Position numbers and translations under genes: made by a program
Source: Amoebidium appalachense
Lineage: Eukaryota > Protista > Ichthyosporea
Length of the DNA stretch: 64,000 bases
Direction: 5' to 3'
NCBI GenBank assembly: GCA_963693365.1
Contig: CAVNZM010000008.1
Coordinates: 10,193,172-10,257,171, forward strand
The notes under the pieces: generated by a model
What the model was told of the DNA's origin: nothing
What the model saw: the letters and a program-made list of their open reading frames with translations, nothing else
The model's database searches: none
Part shown: one piece after another, positions 19,746-53,367 of the stretch
Layout: every line of letters begins with the position of its first letter
Position numbering within the stretch: the first letter of the stretch is position 1

Positions 19746-20020
19746 GCTTCCCGTCCCCCGTTCCCCGTTCCCCGGCCTGATCCTTAGTGTGACACTATGT
19801 TATCGCGTTTTAGGTTTAAATCGATATGTGTTTGTTGTCATTGGCCACTTTCCCACTTAGAAGTGGGTAATGCTGTATCGCTTGTTTTATCTCTTTTTTT
19901 TTCTCTTTTTCGATTTTAAGTGGGAAAAGTGGGAAGTGGGAAATAGATCGATCGCGATCGGATCGGAGGGTTTGGTGGGGTGTGATCTCAAAGTCACCAG
20001 GTCACATGACTAGTCCAATA

Positions 20021-20369
20021 TTGGATTGGGCGAGGGACTTGGTAAGGTTCGAATCGAATCGCGAAGGGCCGCCAGGCCCGGAGCACGGCGGCCGGAGGCC
20101 GGCCCGGCCCGAAGGGCCCGGCGAACGGGGCCCGGCGACCAGTCCGGCGCACCGGGGGTCTGGGGGGACGGGGGGTCTGGGGGGAGGGAGCAGGGCCTGC
20201 TCCCTCCCCCCAGACCCCCCGTCCCCCCAGACCCCCGGTGCGCCGGACTGGTCGCCGGGCCCCGTTCGCCGGGCCCTTCGGGCCGGGCCGGCCTCCGGCC
20301 GCCGTGCTCCGGGCCTGGCGGCCCTTCGCGATTCGATTCGAACCTTACCAAGTCCCTCGCCCAATCCAA
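20021..20369. repeat. 349-bp GC-rich palindrome (174-bp arms, 1-nt loop at 20195)
   Basis: ttggattgggcgagggacttggtaagg...gagcagg-G-cctgctc...ccttaccaagtccctcgcccaatccaa; plus- and minus-strand translations are the same apart from the central codon. Confidence 0.97.
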
Positions 20370-22426
20370 GAGGCTCATGCATGTGATGAACGGCTAATTT
20401 TAGATGCGGGTACACTCGGTAAATATAGCGATCAAGTAGCTCCCCAATGTATACAAGATTTTGGAATTTTAGAGAAGGTTCATTGCTTCTAATAAATGTG
20501 GCAAGATACATAAATACTTTATACTGAGCAGACACATTTATTAATTGTAGGGTTTAATTGATAGATGCATGTGCATTTTGGCGCAATTGCCATTGTTCAT
20601 GATACCCTTAGCCAATTCGAAGAGAGCGAAATATTCGTCAATTTGAGACCCCCAAGATTCCTGGAATACACAAATTAGAGATAAAGAATGATTGGAATGT
20701 ATATGGTTTTATTTTTGGCTCTCATGCGGGGCACCGCTGCGTGCACTGGTACCGGAGATGACTGCCCAGCGTTATGGCACCGTATTGATACATAAGTTGC
20801 CTTTTTCCTAACTTACTATACAGCCTTTTTCATATCTCTTTTTTGGCTGTATGTTTGCTTTTTGCGCTTCATACCGGAAGGGCCCGGGCACGATGCCGTA
20901 CCCCCCCTTCACCCCCGGCCCCCCAGGATTCCCCCGCCCCCCCCCCCCCCCCCCCCCCCCCCCCTCTCCCCGCCCGTGGCAAAATACAGCACTACCCTAA
21001 AGTCGACTCTTATTAATAGCTGCGTAAGGGACGATGATTTGCATCTTTCTCACATATTGCGTAGCCTACAAAGTCTTCTCGAAAGAGAGGAGTTGGAGTA
21101 CTCGAGTTCACAGTGACGGTGTGTTCCGAAGGCTATTTCTGGGCCAGTCACTCTGGTATGAACGGAATGCCAGTTAGGGAGATAAGATCTACTCTGAGAT
21201 TGGAAGTTCCTATGATCTGCAGGGTGTGAAATTAGTTTCTCAAGTCTGACTCACTGAGGCTGTGACTGTGAGCGGGTATTTTCTGGCGTTTTCAGGGGCA
21301 GGCCGCTAGTGCTCAATTAAAACTAATTAAACCACCAGATTCAGAATTTAAATAGCTATCTAATCTTTTTCTTCAAAAAAAATAAGAAGAGAGAAAGGTT
21401 CATTGTGTGGACGTTGACTCAAGACAGTACATGATGATCATGATCATTGAACCAGGCTGGCACTGGCCATAAAAGACGGGGTCTATATTGAATTTGGTAG
21501 TTCGTTTTCCTTTGCCAACTTTGGCAACCCAGGTCCCAGGCAACCCTTGCAGCATGCTGCATGCATTAATATTGCCATGCGCGCATTACAGCGTCTGGCA
21601 TTTCCGTGGGCTGAAAAACCATATCTACGTTTGGTAAAAAGGTGTCAACTGTGGTACTGATGTTGAACTGTTTACTTAAGACTTATGTTTATGAGAAGTT
21701 CGGACACTGAGTGATTTCGACAGTCTCAGTCCAATTTTCAAATTTTCAAAGCGTGATTCCGCATCCCCACGGTTGAGAAGTTTTAGGAGATCCTCCGAGC
21801 ACTGAGACTCGAGTGCATCATCACATTGTACATGCGACTATTTCGTTAGCTGTGAGGAATCCAGAGGTGCAGGCAAAAGAAAAGAGAAATCGTTTCATGA
21901 TTTATTGAACATTCATGTCTCTTTACAGATACATGTAAAGGAATCTTCGAAGCCGTGTTCAAAAAACCACCCCAAGGCTTGTGGTGCCAAGCGCCAGTCA
22001 GCGTGTTTGTTCTTCCTAGATTCTGATGTCATTCCGCGAATAGACATCAAGCAGCTTAGTTTGCGCCTGTTTTGATTGGACCATTTAATTATGGATCGTA
22101 ATCGACTATGACTTCCTCGGAGACACAGACACAGAAACAGACACACACACAGCTGCAGCGAAAGTAGTTTTTTTCGGTTTTGCGTTGGTAGGTGAGTGGG
22201 TATATATAGAGCTTTGGTTTCAGAAAGGTGTTGTGGGCTGCCTTCGTGTGAACACATGGGTATAGGCACGAGCGCCTGAATTTATTCGCTGTGTTTGCAC
22301 ATACAGGCACCCGGTGTGGCTACTCAAGTTGGTTTTTTGGTTCACCAAGAAAGATCTTGCTACTGAAGCGTAAAAATTATTACAAAGGCATAAATCTTTC
22401 AGACGTTTTTCATGGGCTTGGCAAAA

Positions 22427-26141
<3,715 letters not shown>

Positions 26142-26175
26142 GAGTAGGGATGCTTGACACACGCACACACACACG

Positions 26176-26211
<36 letters not shown>

Positions 26212-26308
26212 TGGTGCACACTGTCTTGTCGACTCGATTGTTTGTTCTCGATGCGGCATTTTTGTATATCCTGTAACGGATGTACATTGCTCCATCCCCC
26301 CCCCCCCT

Positions 26309-26340
<32 letters not shown>

Positions 26341-26955
26341 GCCTTGGACTATTGTGCAGCATGTTTGTCCGAGAGCACATACGAAGTTTGAATACTCTAG
26401 CCTTCGCCTATACATGTTGTGAACTAGGGTTTATCTCGATTAGATATACCGAAGTTGACGTTTTCCAATGACAATAGATATACATAGTAGAATATACCAA
26501 GTTTTTAAGTGCGCGAATGAGGCTAGAAGTTGAGCTTAGAATAGCACTTAATGGTTTTAACTCCCTTCTAATGATTGTCGGCTAACCTTGGTTTGCCTCT
26601 GGCTTGTTGTTGAAAATTTCTCGCTCCTTAGTGATAGATTCCCCAAGGCGCTTGAAAACAACGGCATCTGTACTATACGGAAAAGTATGCGAGTTAAACG
26701 TTTGTGTCTTTTTTTTTTTCAAAAAATTGGCTGTGTGCTATAGTACGACACATGTCCCCGTTTTATGATTTCTTGCTGAAGAAGTTAAAAAAAGAAGAAT
26801 AAAATATACGTTTCACCAGAGAAATTGGCATTCGATGATTGTCGTGGAGGTGGTCGTGTATGTCATGTGCATGTGCATGTGCAACAACAGTAGTATATTT
26901 ACAACTATAACTTGCCTAGTAACACGTGATTCATATGCAGCAATCATGCGCATCC

Positions 26956-26994
<39 letters not shown>

Positions 26995-27372
26995 CGCATC
27001 TGCGCTTGTGTATGCGTGTGTGTGACACTGTGTGTCCTCGTGATATACGTCGTGTGCATGTGTCTGCATGTTTAAAATTGCAGACGTCAGACTCAGTATC
27101 GTTGAGATCTTCGAACTTTAAAGCTTCGTGTGTCATGTTTTCCGGTAAGAATAATCGATTCCAATACGGACACAGAACATATCGGATTCCCCCCCCCCCC
27201 CCCCCCCCCCCTCCCGGCCACATGTCGACAAACACACAAACACGCCCCACGTGACGCACATGCGCATGTGCGTGCGTGTACGCGCACACACATACACAGA
27301 CACGCACACACAAACAAGCATACTCGCGCGCACACGCACGCACACAAACACGCATATACTCGCGCACACATG

Positions 27373-27404
<32 letters not shown>

Positions 27405-28740
27405 TATGACGTAAATTGTGCCATGTACTAACGAGTACGACGTAGAATTTGGATTCTCTTTTCCCCATGGGCACAGTGCTAATTAGTTAGCTGATATATC
27501 TACCGGTTGAACAAATATACACAAAACTTTCACCCGGATGAATTTGAAAAATCCATTGACATGTATACATGTACATGTACATACAGCAGATACTTATTTT
27601 CGTACCATACTGAGCACGCAGTTTTGTTCCTGTGCACGGTCATTCGAACATTTCATTTCATCAAGTTAGCAAAAAACAGAATCAACAAACAATTGCCGAA
27701 GGACTCCTACTTCATAGCCAAGCCAAGCCATTCGGGGAGCAAGCAAACCCCAATAAGCGGTCAATAAAAGGCAAAGAAAAAAGAAGAAGAAGAAATCTTC
27801 AAAAAATTGAAATAGAATTCTTCCACAACAAACAAACAAACAAACAAACAAACAAACACCAAAAAAAAAAAAAAAAAAAAAAAAAAAGAAAAAGAAAAAG
27901 AAAAAGCAACTACATTTGCAGTAACTATAATCCCACTCTCGCTATCTAAATTTGCATCTTGTTGGGTGGAAGTCATGCTGGTTTGGTGCCAAAGCCTCAT
28001 AGAATGTGCAAAAACCCTCCCCGAATATACGGAAATTTGTTATGTGACCACTACCCTCTACCCTCTAACTGGTCACACAAACTATCTCGGTCCCACAACT
28101 CAACCGATCGTTTCGAATATACCAGGCTTTTGCCCAGGATACCCAAAAGTGTTTCATTGGCACCCCAACCACAAAAATCCTCACATAACCAAAATATACC
28201 GGTATATCTAAACAATCCAAGATAGCCAGCCACTAAACCACCGGGCTTGTGTATCTGTACATTGCTGTATATCTCCTGATATATGCAAATCTTCCGGTAT
28301 ATCTACACATTACTGGTAGCCATGGCAACCAATGGGTCACGGGATAAGTCATCGTCACATTCCACCGGCCTGTGTGGGGAGAGACGTGTGTGTATGTGTG
28401 TGCGTGTGTGTGTTTGAGGGGGGGGGGGGGGGGGGGGTTGTCAGATACACTTGTCAACGTGTTAACGCTTGCAGGTCTTAACGTGATGTGTGATAAATTG
28501 TTTGTGTGTCCATACGAACGTAGGTCACAACATGTGCGGGCTCACCACTGGGATGACCTGCATTTTGCTCACACTAATAGTGCTGCGTGGTTGAGAAGAG
28601 AATTATGTGGTATTGGGGACGGCGGTAAGGGGTGTTACAGTGTGTGTGTGCGCCTGTATGTCTGAGCTTCTCCATGCATGTGTGAGGGCCCGTGGAAAAG
28701 CGATTGAAGGCAGAGAGAGAGGGAGAGAGAGAGAGGGTGT

Positions 28741-28786
<46 letters not shown>

Positions 28787-28937
28787 GGACGAGGAGGAGG
28801 AGGAGGAGGAGGACGGGGGGGGGGGGGGGGGGGGGAGGTAAGGGTAAAAATGAGCTATAGAATGTGAAGTACACAGTCATAACGGACAACACCGTGCAAA
28901 GTTCAAAGCACACATGGAAGGGGTGTGTGGTGTGTGT

Positions 28938-28980
<43 letters not shown>

Positions 28981-29163
28981 CGCGCGCGCGCGCTCGAGCG
29001 TGCGTGTATATGTGCATAAGCGCGCACACGTGTTCGTCTTTGCTGTATTTCTCTGTGTGTATGCGTGTACGTGTAAGCGTGTGCCAGTGTGTGCACTTTC
29101 ATGTGCAAGCACTAGTGCATGTGAGTGTGTGCAGGAGGAGGGGGGGCGGGGGGAGGGGGAGGG

Positions 29164-29196
<33 letters not shown>

Positions 29197-29295
29197 AGGG
29201 AGGGAAGGTGGTGATGGGATACACAGGGGCTGGAGAGGAGGATAGAGTGAGGAGGGAGGAAGGGGGGGGGGGGGGGGGGGGGGGTTGGACATACT

Positions 29296-36137
<6,842 letters not shown>

Positions 36138-36403
36138 CTGAGGATAATATGGGGGAGGGAGGGAGGGGGAAGGGGGAGGAGAGAGAGAGGGAGGCGCCGG
36201 GGGGAAGGGGGGGAGGGAGGGGGGAGAGAGGGGGGGGGGGGGGGGGGAGGAGGGAGAGGGAGAGAGTCAACAACGCGGTTCCTTTTTCTTTTTTTGTCTC
36301 TTTCCTTCACTCTTTTTCTTTTTCTTTGCTTCTCCCCCCTCCCCCCCCCTCCTTCCCTCCCCCCCCCCCCCCCCAAAAAAAAAGCAACACCCCCCCCCCC
36401 CCC

Positions 36404-36518
<115 letters not shown>

Positions 36519-37269
36519 AGGTTTATGTGTGTGTGTGATGCGGGGGAAGAGGGGGGGGGGGGGTTGTGCGAGGGGAGATGCTTATGATTGGTGTTTAGAG
36601 CGCAAACGTCATCAGTGTATATTGGCATCTTCCCCGACCTCTTCGACGTGTTTTCTCTTTATTCTTTGGGGTGCATAGTCGGGCCAAAACAATAGCATAA
36701 AAACGAAAAGCTTCTGTCTCGTATGCCAGAAACAAACACAAATAGTTCAACATGTTACAACATTATATACGGGGTTAAAAATATATTCGGCTATAAGACT
36801 GAAAAATACGGATACACAGACAAATTCGTGTGCCCAAGCACACAAAGCCTATCACCACAGATTACAAGCTCACAATTATTGCAACATGAACCAAAAACAA
36901 AAGCAAAAAATCAGATGAGTGGAAAAATGAAGGAGGCAAACACAACAAAGAATACCCAACAGCATACACTGCCACACGTGACTTAACACTTATTAGTCGA
37001 ACAATCAGGAAACATCTCCCCCCCCTCCCCCCCCCCCCCACCTTCCCTCCATCTCCCCCCACCTCCCCTTCCCCCCGCCCCCCCCCCCCCCCCCCCCTTC
37101 CTCTTCCCCCCCCCCCTCCCTCCCCCCCCCCCCCCCAGATCCTCCTTCACAAGTGGGTAATAAATATGGTCAGAAGGAACGCGCTTCATGTGACACACCC
37201 CATCTTAATCGTATCTTGCTTCCTCCACACTCTTCCCCCCCCCCTCCCCGCCCCCCCCCCCCCCCCCCC

Positions 37270-37309
<40 letters not shown>

Positions 37310-37313
37310 TTCC

Positions 37314-37344
<31 letters not shown>

Positions 37345-38957
37345 GGAGAAAAAAAAAAAGGAACTGCCGTTTCAATTTCCCTTCCTCAAATTTCAATGAA
37401 CTTCAGTAATGCTCCTCCGCTTGCACCCTTTCAACTCTCTGGTACATACCCATACATATTTGCACTCAAGCAGATGTGCAAACATTTTGCACACAGAGAC
37501 AAACTAAACTACTCCCAGAGGGAAATGTCACAGTCTCCGATCCTCAACTTCCTTCCCTGATCCAATGCCTTCCCTAGGTCTTCCCCGGGACATCGTGACA
37601 CACATACACGCGAGCACAGCCCCCCTCCCCCCCCGCCCCCCTCCCAGCAACAACAACACACACACAACACGCACAAGTACACATAAGTACACACACACCT
37701 TTTTCTTCCTCCCCTTTAACCCCTCCCCCCCCCCCCCCTTCCGCCACTCGCCTCCCCCCGCCCCCCCTTCCCAACTGCCTACCTCTCAATGCTTTTCTCC
37801 AGCCCAATTCACTCCAGTTCACACAACACACACACTCTCTCTCTCTTCCTCCCCCCTCCCCCCTGCCCGCCTCTCCCCCTCCCCTTCTCCCCCCAGCAAT
37901 TCAACCTTCGCTCCCACTCCCAACGATGTTTCTCCACTTCCTCCACCTGGACCACGGACTTTCTTCCGCAGAACTGTGGTACAAGCGTCACACCAACGAA
38001 GCACATTATATATAACACAATTAAACCACGGCGACCTCATCCCAACATCAGGACACTCAATGCATCACACACACAAGCACATCAATCATGCCACTACCAA
38101 GCCTAATCACCAAGCCAGCGACACCTAGTCACCGTACCTTTTTCTCAGGGTGCGACAAGCAGAAGGCAGGCCCATGAGGCCCTTCGGGCAGTGGTAGACT
38201 GATAGGGCCACCGTATGGTCTGTGCGGGCCACTCACGACCCCTCCCCACAAAATATCTTCCGTTTACGCAAGCCTCCGTGTCAGTAACTTTCAACATCAC
38301 CAACCTGATGCTCCTTGTGGCTCCTACGTGTTCAAAGGAGACGGCCAATCAAGCACACCAAGACTATGAAGCTAATATCAACATACACCATGCAATACAA
38401 CTCATAAAGAAGGAAACGTTGTTGCTTTTGCAAGGCCCTCCGGGACAACACATTTCTGGAGCTGATGTTTTAGGGAGCCACGCTAGAGTTAAACAGCCAT
38501 ACCTACTATGATAGGAACTTCAGTTCTGTTGATGATGTTATGTTAGACTTAAATTAGCTTGGTGGCGGCTGGTAATGCAGTGCTTCGTATGTAACAGTCT
38601 GTCTGTTTGAGTGTTGCAGTGGTTGCAAGCCTACTGGTGCGGTTACTAAATGATAAGGTCATTGCACTGTATAGCGCTCTGCGTGGTATAAAACAACATC
38701 AAACCTTATACAATGAATTAATTGAACCAATTTGTTAGGTATAAAAACAGGGGGCAAACTGATACCTTTGTACTGATGCAAGTCTTTTCCGCCCGGGCAG
38801 ACAGTAGAGCGCTAGCCCAGACTTCCAGAGAATTTTAACTTCGACACAGGCGTGATGCTTTTCTATTTAGTTCTAAAGGAGGCGAAGCTTTTCTCATATT
38901 AGTTAAAAGCAGGTGGTCTAAATATACCGTCGTAGCAGGCGAGAAACTTCAGGCATC

Positions 38958-48392
<9,435 letters not shown>

Positions 48393-51300
48393 TATCCTGT
48401 GCTGTTAGTGTGCACATTATGTTCACGATGGCCTGTGTATGCTGAAGGAATGAATCCTGCTTTCTACGGAAAACTGTTTTCCTGCCTGTTGTATCGGTAA
48501 CCTATGTTGTGAACGTTGCCTGCTGCCTAAACCTGAGTATGTACATGTCCTTTGTTCTCCTGTAAAGCCGCCAACTGAACATGAAATCTCTGCTGGCATA
48601 GGGGTACGGTTGTCGAATTACACTTCAGGACAGATAGTCTACACAGAATGTATGAGAACCATTACGCTAAGTAGTATGACCATGTCGTATGTGTTTCTTG
48701 AGGTGTGTGTGTGTGCAGCGTGTACTGTCATTCTGAAGGAGCTTGTGTAGCCTGAAGCATCTTAAGCTTGAAATAGTGTTCTATGTGTTGGCGGTCTGTA
48801 GCCATTCTTAGGTTCGTGCCTGGGCTTAAACGTGCTTTGAGCTCATATCGGCATGAGCAAAAGTAACCAATTGATGACTGCATGCACCTCGGCGCCAAGT
48901 GACATTGGTGTACCCGTGATGTACTCTGAGACCATGATCACGAAGTAAAAACCGAAAGATCTCCATGATAGATCTCCATGGGGCATGCAGTGAAGCTACC
49001 AAAACTATTTGACCCGAAACCGTCGATGGCGTCTAATGAATAACGTTTGTGTCACCCTGGTTGGGAACCCCGAAGTATAACGAAGCCTATGGCATGTTTT
49101 TTCCTGTAAGAAACTGGTGGCTATGGAAGTTTTGACAGTGGTCTCAATTTCAACCTGAGCACGGCGTACACGTATAAAAACGAAAGAAGCACCTGCACCC
49201 ACCGAGCCTTTCCATACACACACGATTAGCGGGCACGCACACGTGCAAACAGGGACTCGGCTTCTCTAGATAGCGCGCAGTGCTCGAAGATCCATACATA
49301 TACACAGTGATACAGGGCAAAAAACCGTGCCAGACGCATAGACACAGGCACGTGCACACACAGACGCCCCACGAGCAGCGCGCGGATGTTCACGTTCAAC
49401 TGGGCGGCGACCCCCTCGTGATACCTCGTTGTCACCTGTGTTTGCCAAATAGAACCCCTTCCGTCGTGTTTATTTATTGCTTGCAACGGAAAGTAACAAA
49501 CCAACCGACTGCATGCAGGAGAAGGATAATATACTGCAAGTGTAACGGAAAGTGGCCCCTGTAGCACTTCGTATCCTGAGCCTGGGAAAGGGGAGAAAGG
49601 AGGGAAAGGGCCTAAGCTCAAAAGATATGCAGCTGCTTCAGTTTCGCACGTGTCGGCGCGTGTGTGGTGTGTGACTCTGTGTAGTAAAGGGGGTACACGT
49701 GTTTTCCGTTTTCCTTTGGCGAGTGTTGGCAACTCGCGGTGTGGAGTCACTGAAGGGGCGCGCTTCATGCAAGGACCGTCTCGCGTCACGATGACACAAC
49801 GCAGGAATGCGAATGGTAAACATACACAGAAGGGGGGCTCATCATCAGTTCTCCGAAATGTTTTTGCTTCATGACTTTAAAGTTTCAATGTGCTTCGATA
49901 GCATTGTCGGCTAGAGGTTTTGACCCAAATAAAGCTGTTTCTTGCCCTTAGATATGAAATATTATGCTTATAGCTGCTTTTTTATGCGTTAAATGTCACA
50001 GTGATAACGATTATTTAAACAATCAGTAATAAGAATTTCGGCAAAACCTTAACACACACGCTCAGGGGAGACTTTAGAACAGGCACTGCAGTGCTTGCGC
50101 CTTCAGCACAGGTAAGAAAGGCTCAAGCAAATCTCGTAAAGAAAAAACGTTATAACAAACACAAATATCATCAAAAAACAACTCATTCATCTAATTTTAT
50201 GTGAAAATCATCGAACTATTTAGCACTCCTATCAATTCCCCCCTGAACTCAATATTCACGTGCACATGCCGGGCCAGCCGCTCAAGAGAAATGCATGGCC
50301 CGATTCCATTCTGGTTGCCTGGGTAAATTTTCAAGTGGGGTTTTCATCTTTAAATTACAATTTGTTTGATTGGCTACGTAGTCGCCGCCTGGTAGAGCAA
50401 ATTCGACATTGATTTAAGCCCCCACGATTTGTGGTTTTCACAGCCAGGGCGGTGCACTGTGGGGCTACACGGTGAAACGTTCGATATTTTATTTTTTTTG
50501 CCGTTTCGTTTTTTTCTTGTGTGTGAGCTGGGTTGATGTTCTTGTTACAGCTCTTTAATAACATTTTTTCTTTTGAATTCAGTCAGTTAGCAGGTTTTTT
50601 CTGATAATTCTGCCAGTTTTGAGAACTTTTTTCTCCGTGCTGTTAGAACGACAACCACGCCTGGTTTCACACAAGTAACCTCTCCATGGACGAAAACAGT
50701 TCGTGGTGTGCTAGGAGAAAGGGGAACATACAAGCAGGGATATTATCCCCCTTCTTCGTTCAAGCATGCGGACGTAAGACCACTTTTAGCTCTTCACAGT
50801 AATTTTAAGTTCAGAGACACACGCTCTGGCCACCAGACTGCAGTTTTTTTTTTGTTTTTGTTTTTTTTCACACCGCGGGGTTATTCGTATTGATCTTACA
50901 AAGACCTGACTTTTTCGCTCCATCTATCGTTCGATAAACCCGAGCACGGATTTCCGCGTTTGCATTACCCAAACCAGCAAAACCACACAGCTTTCCAACT
51001 CTAATTTATTTGTTCATCCATTTTCCAGTAGCATCCCAACCAAATTTTGCCCTGAAGGGCCTTGCACTTCAAAAACATCACCCCAAACACGCACCAGCAG
51101 TATGGCCAAGACGCACCTATGGAGCCACCAGTAAAACTGGACCCGAGGGTGGGGGTGTGTGGCGCTGCTGTTGGCACGGCGGCACGAGTTCGGTTAATTT
51201 TCACGCATACAGGTGGCAAGTTTTGAGCCGACGGGGACACAACGTGTGTGGTCCCTGTTGTGTTTTTTGTTTCGTTAGGCCTGTGTCGCCAGGCAACAGC

Positions 51301-51412
51301 AAAGACAAGAGCTCTGTCACGGAGGCTGGGCAGCGACGAGGCAGGCGTTGTGTGGGGAGGAGTGGCTTTGCTCGGGGGAGGGAGCAGGCTACGGTGATGC
51401 TTGGCTGTGCCG

Positions 51413-51670
51413 ATGGGCTGTTGCTCAAGCCGAGAGTCGACGGGGCAGCTGGCCGAGGGCGGGAAGACGGGCGATGGGGACACGGGCCAGAGGGGCCTGG
51501 GCACACCCGGCAACGGCTCCAGCGACCAGCGTGCAGAGGTGCTGCACGCCCGCTTTTTGAAAATGCTGGACGACATGGAAAGGAATCCCGTCCCGCCCGG
51601 TCAGCTGCCATTCGGACAAGGCAGTGGAGAGCTTCACGACTCCCAGGACATTTTTCCCCAGACACAATAG
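51413..51670 (+). CDS. Possible small N-myristoylated/palmitoylated protein (85 aa) or first exon
   Basis: Begins MGCCSS; lies in a locally CpG-rich, repeat-free island at about 51.1-52.0 kb. Confidence 0.35.
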   Translation: MGCCSSRESTGQLAEGGKTGDGDTGQRGLGTPGNGSSDQRAEVLHARFLKMLDDMERNPVPPGQLPFGQGSGELHDSQDIFPQTQ

Positions 51671-52329
51671 CATTTGTGCCCCGCGGGCCGGCCCAGGCCG
51701 CAGGTCGCTCGCGGTGGCAGTCCCAGAAGTCGAACAGGAGAGTACCGTGCGAAACAGAGTTGACGTGCATGGGTGCGAAACTTGCACGTTGTCGGTGCCG
51801 AACGCACGGCAGGAGACACGGTATTGCGGCATGGAAACGATGGGACGATGATACACTCGAAGGGCCAAGCCCCGGCGTTGATCGTCGACCTGGGATTATG
51901 CGGGAAGGATGTCGACCCCGTGGGAAAACGAGAAGGAGAAAGTCTATCGTGCACACGAGGAGAAGACAAGGGCAGGCCACGAGGCTAAATGGTGCCCCAT
52001 GTGACCATCGCGAAGCACACTTAGTCTAGAACAAAGGCGCAGACACACTATGTATACAAGAAACATGAGGTCCTGATATAATGTGTGAATTATGTGAAAG
52101 CGGGAAAAGGAGTGGTTGGGGAGGGTGTTAAACGGGGGCGAAGTTAGACGATTCATGACAAATGTTGGTACTGGTTTGTTGTTAATTTTTTTTCCCGGGA
52201 TTCTGTTCTTGGTGTTTGTGAGCTTTTTTCGTCGTTTTATGTTCTATTTGCTGGTACGTGGGTTTTGCTTTGACCAAGTGCTAACGATGCACACATTTAT
52301 GCACATGGCGCAGATGCCTACACCACCCC

Positions 52330-52388
<59 letters not shown>

Positions 52389-52710
52389 ACACATGCACAC
52401 ACACACACACACACAGACACACATACATACATACATACATACGCATACGCATACACATCTGCACACTCACATACACACACGGACACAGACACACAAGCAC
52501 ACAGACATACGTACAAACAAATACACCATGCAATAACCTTATTACTATGTAGGTGGTAACTTTGGTGAATGTCTTCGCTACCTACTTTGGCATGTTTGTA
52601 GCTGAAAGTCGAAATCTTTGCATTCTGCACATGATAAGGCCTAGGTACCCCATATATCCGGTTTCTCAGCGATGAATTTGAAGTAGTACGAGTAGCAGAT
52701 GATATGGCTT

Positions 52711-52774
<64 letters not shown>

Positions 52775-52831
52775 CGCACACACGAACTCACCGGCATCGA
52801 CATACACATGTATCCGGTCCGATCAATGCTC

Positions 52832-52886
<55 letters not shown>

Positions 52887-53325
52887 TGGTGATAGGACTG
52901 GCTCTTTCTGCTTTCGGCCAGTCGACTGTAATTAGCGTTTTGCTGCTTGCGGCCGGCCCCAAGCAACCCCACCACACCGCTGTTTCCATGGTACTGTTAG
53001 TATGGGTGGGTTTGTATGGTTTGAGTATTTAGATTTTTTTATTTTTTTTTGACCCGCTTGTTTAACGTAAATATTTGTGGTGCTTGGGAAGGTTATAGGT
53101 TGGGGGGGGGGGGGGGGGGGGGGGGGAGAATTAGTGCAACGGGTGGTTGAGGGGGGGGTTTTCAAGCATGTGAAATTTCAAGCGTGCCTGGTTGGTGCTT
53201 ATGGCAACATAAAATGATGTTGGTAGGTGCCTGGGGGTTTGGCCCCCCGCCACCGGTAAATATAGAAATCTATGATTACTTTGCGAATGGGTTTGTCTCC
53301 CGCCGTCTCTTCCCCTATCCTCCTG

Positions 53326-53367
<42 letters not shown>

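Larger units (their letters stand above)
1..20369. mobile_element. Endogenous large dsDNA virus-like element (NCLDV-like), right-hand part; left end lies outside the window
   Basis: Intronless, closely packed ORFs with a gene set typical of Nucleocytoviricota (SF3 helicases, patatin, YqaJ, T5orf172-like, DUF5760-like). CpG-rich. Abrupt switch to intron- and microsatellite-rich host DNA after the palindrome at 20021-20369. No capsid or polB gene is visible in the window. Confidence 0.8.

Noticed and set aside
20370-20400. Target-site duplication or TIR for the element
   Set aside because: The other end is outside the window, so it cannot be evaluated; only a weak tcacatg/catgtga extension flanks the palindrome.
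19982-20535. ORFs on both strands over the palindrome
   Set aside because: Mirror-image translations of a GC-rich inverted repeat; no coding signature.
37905-38175. Candidate 5' exons of the PAP2 gene (about 38175-38138 and 37973-37906)
   Set aside because: Plausible splice sites, but I could not join them to the 36137 exon in a consistent frame with a start codon.
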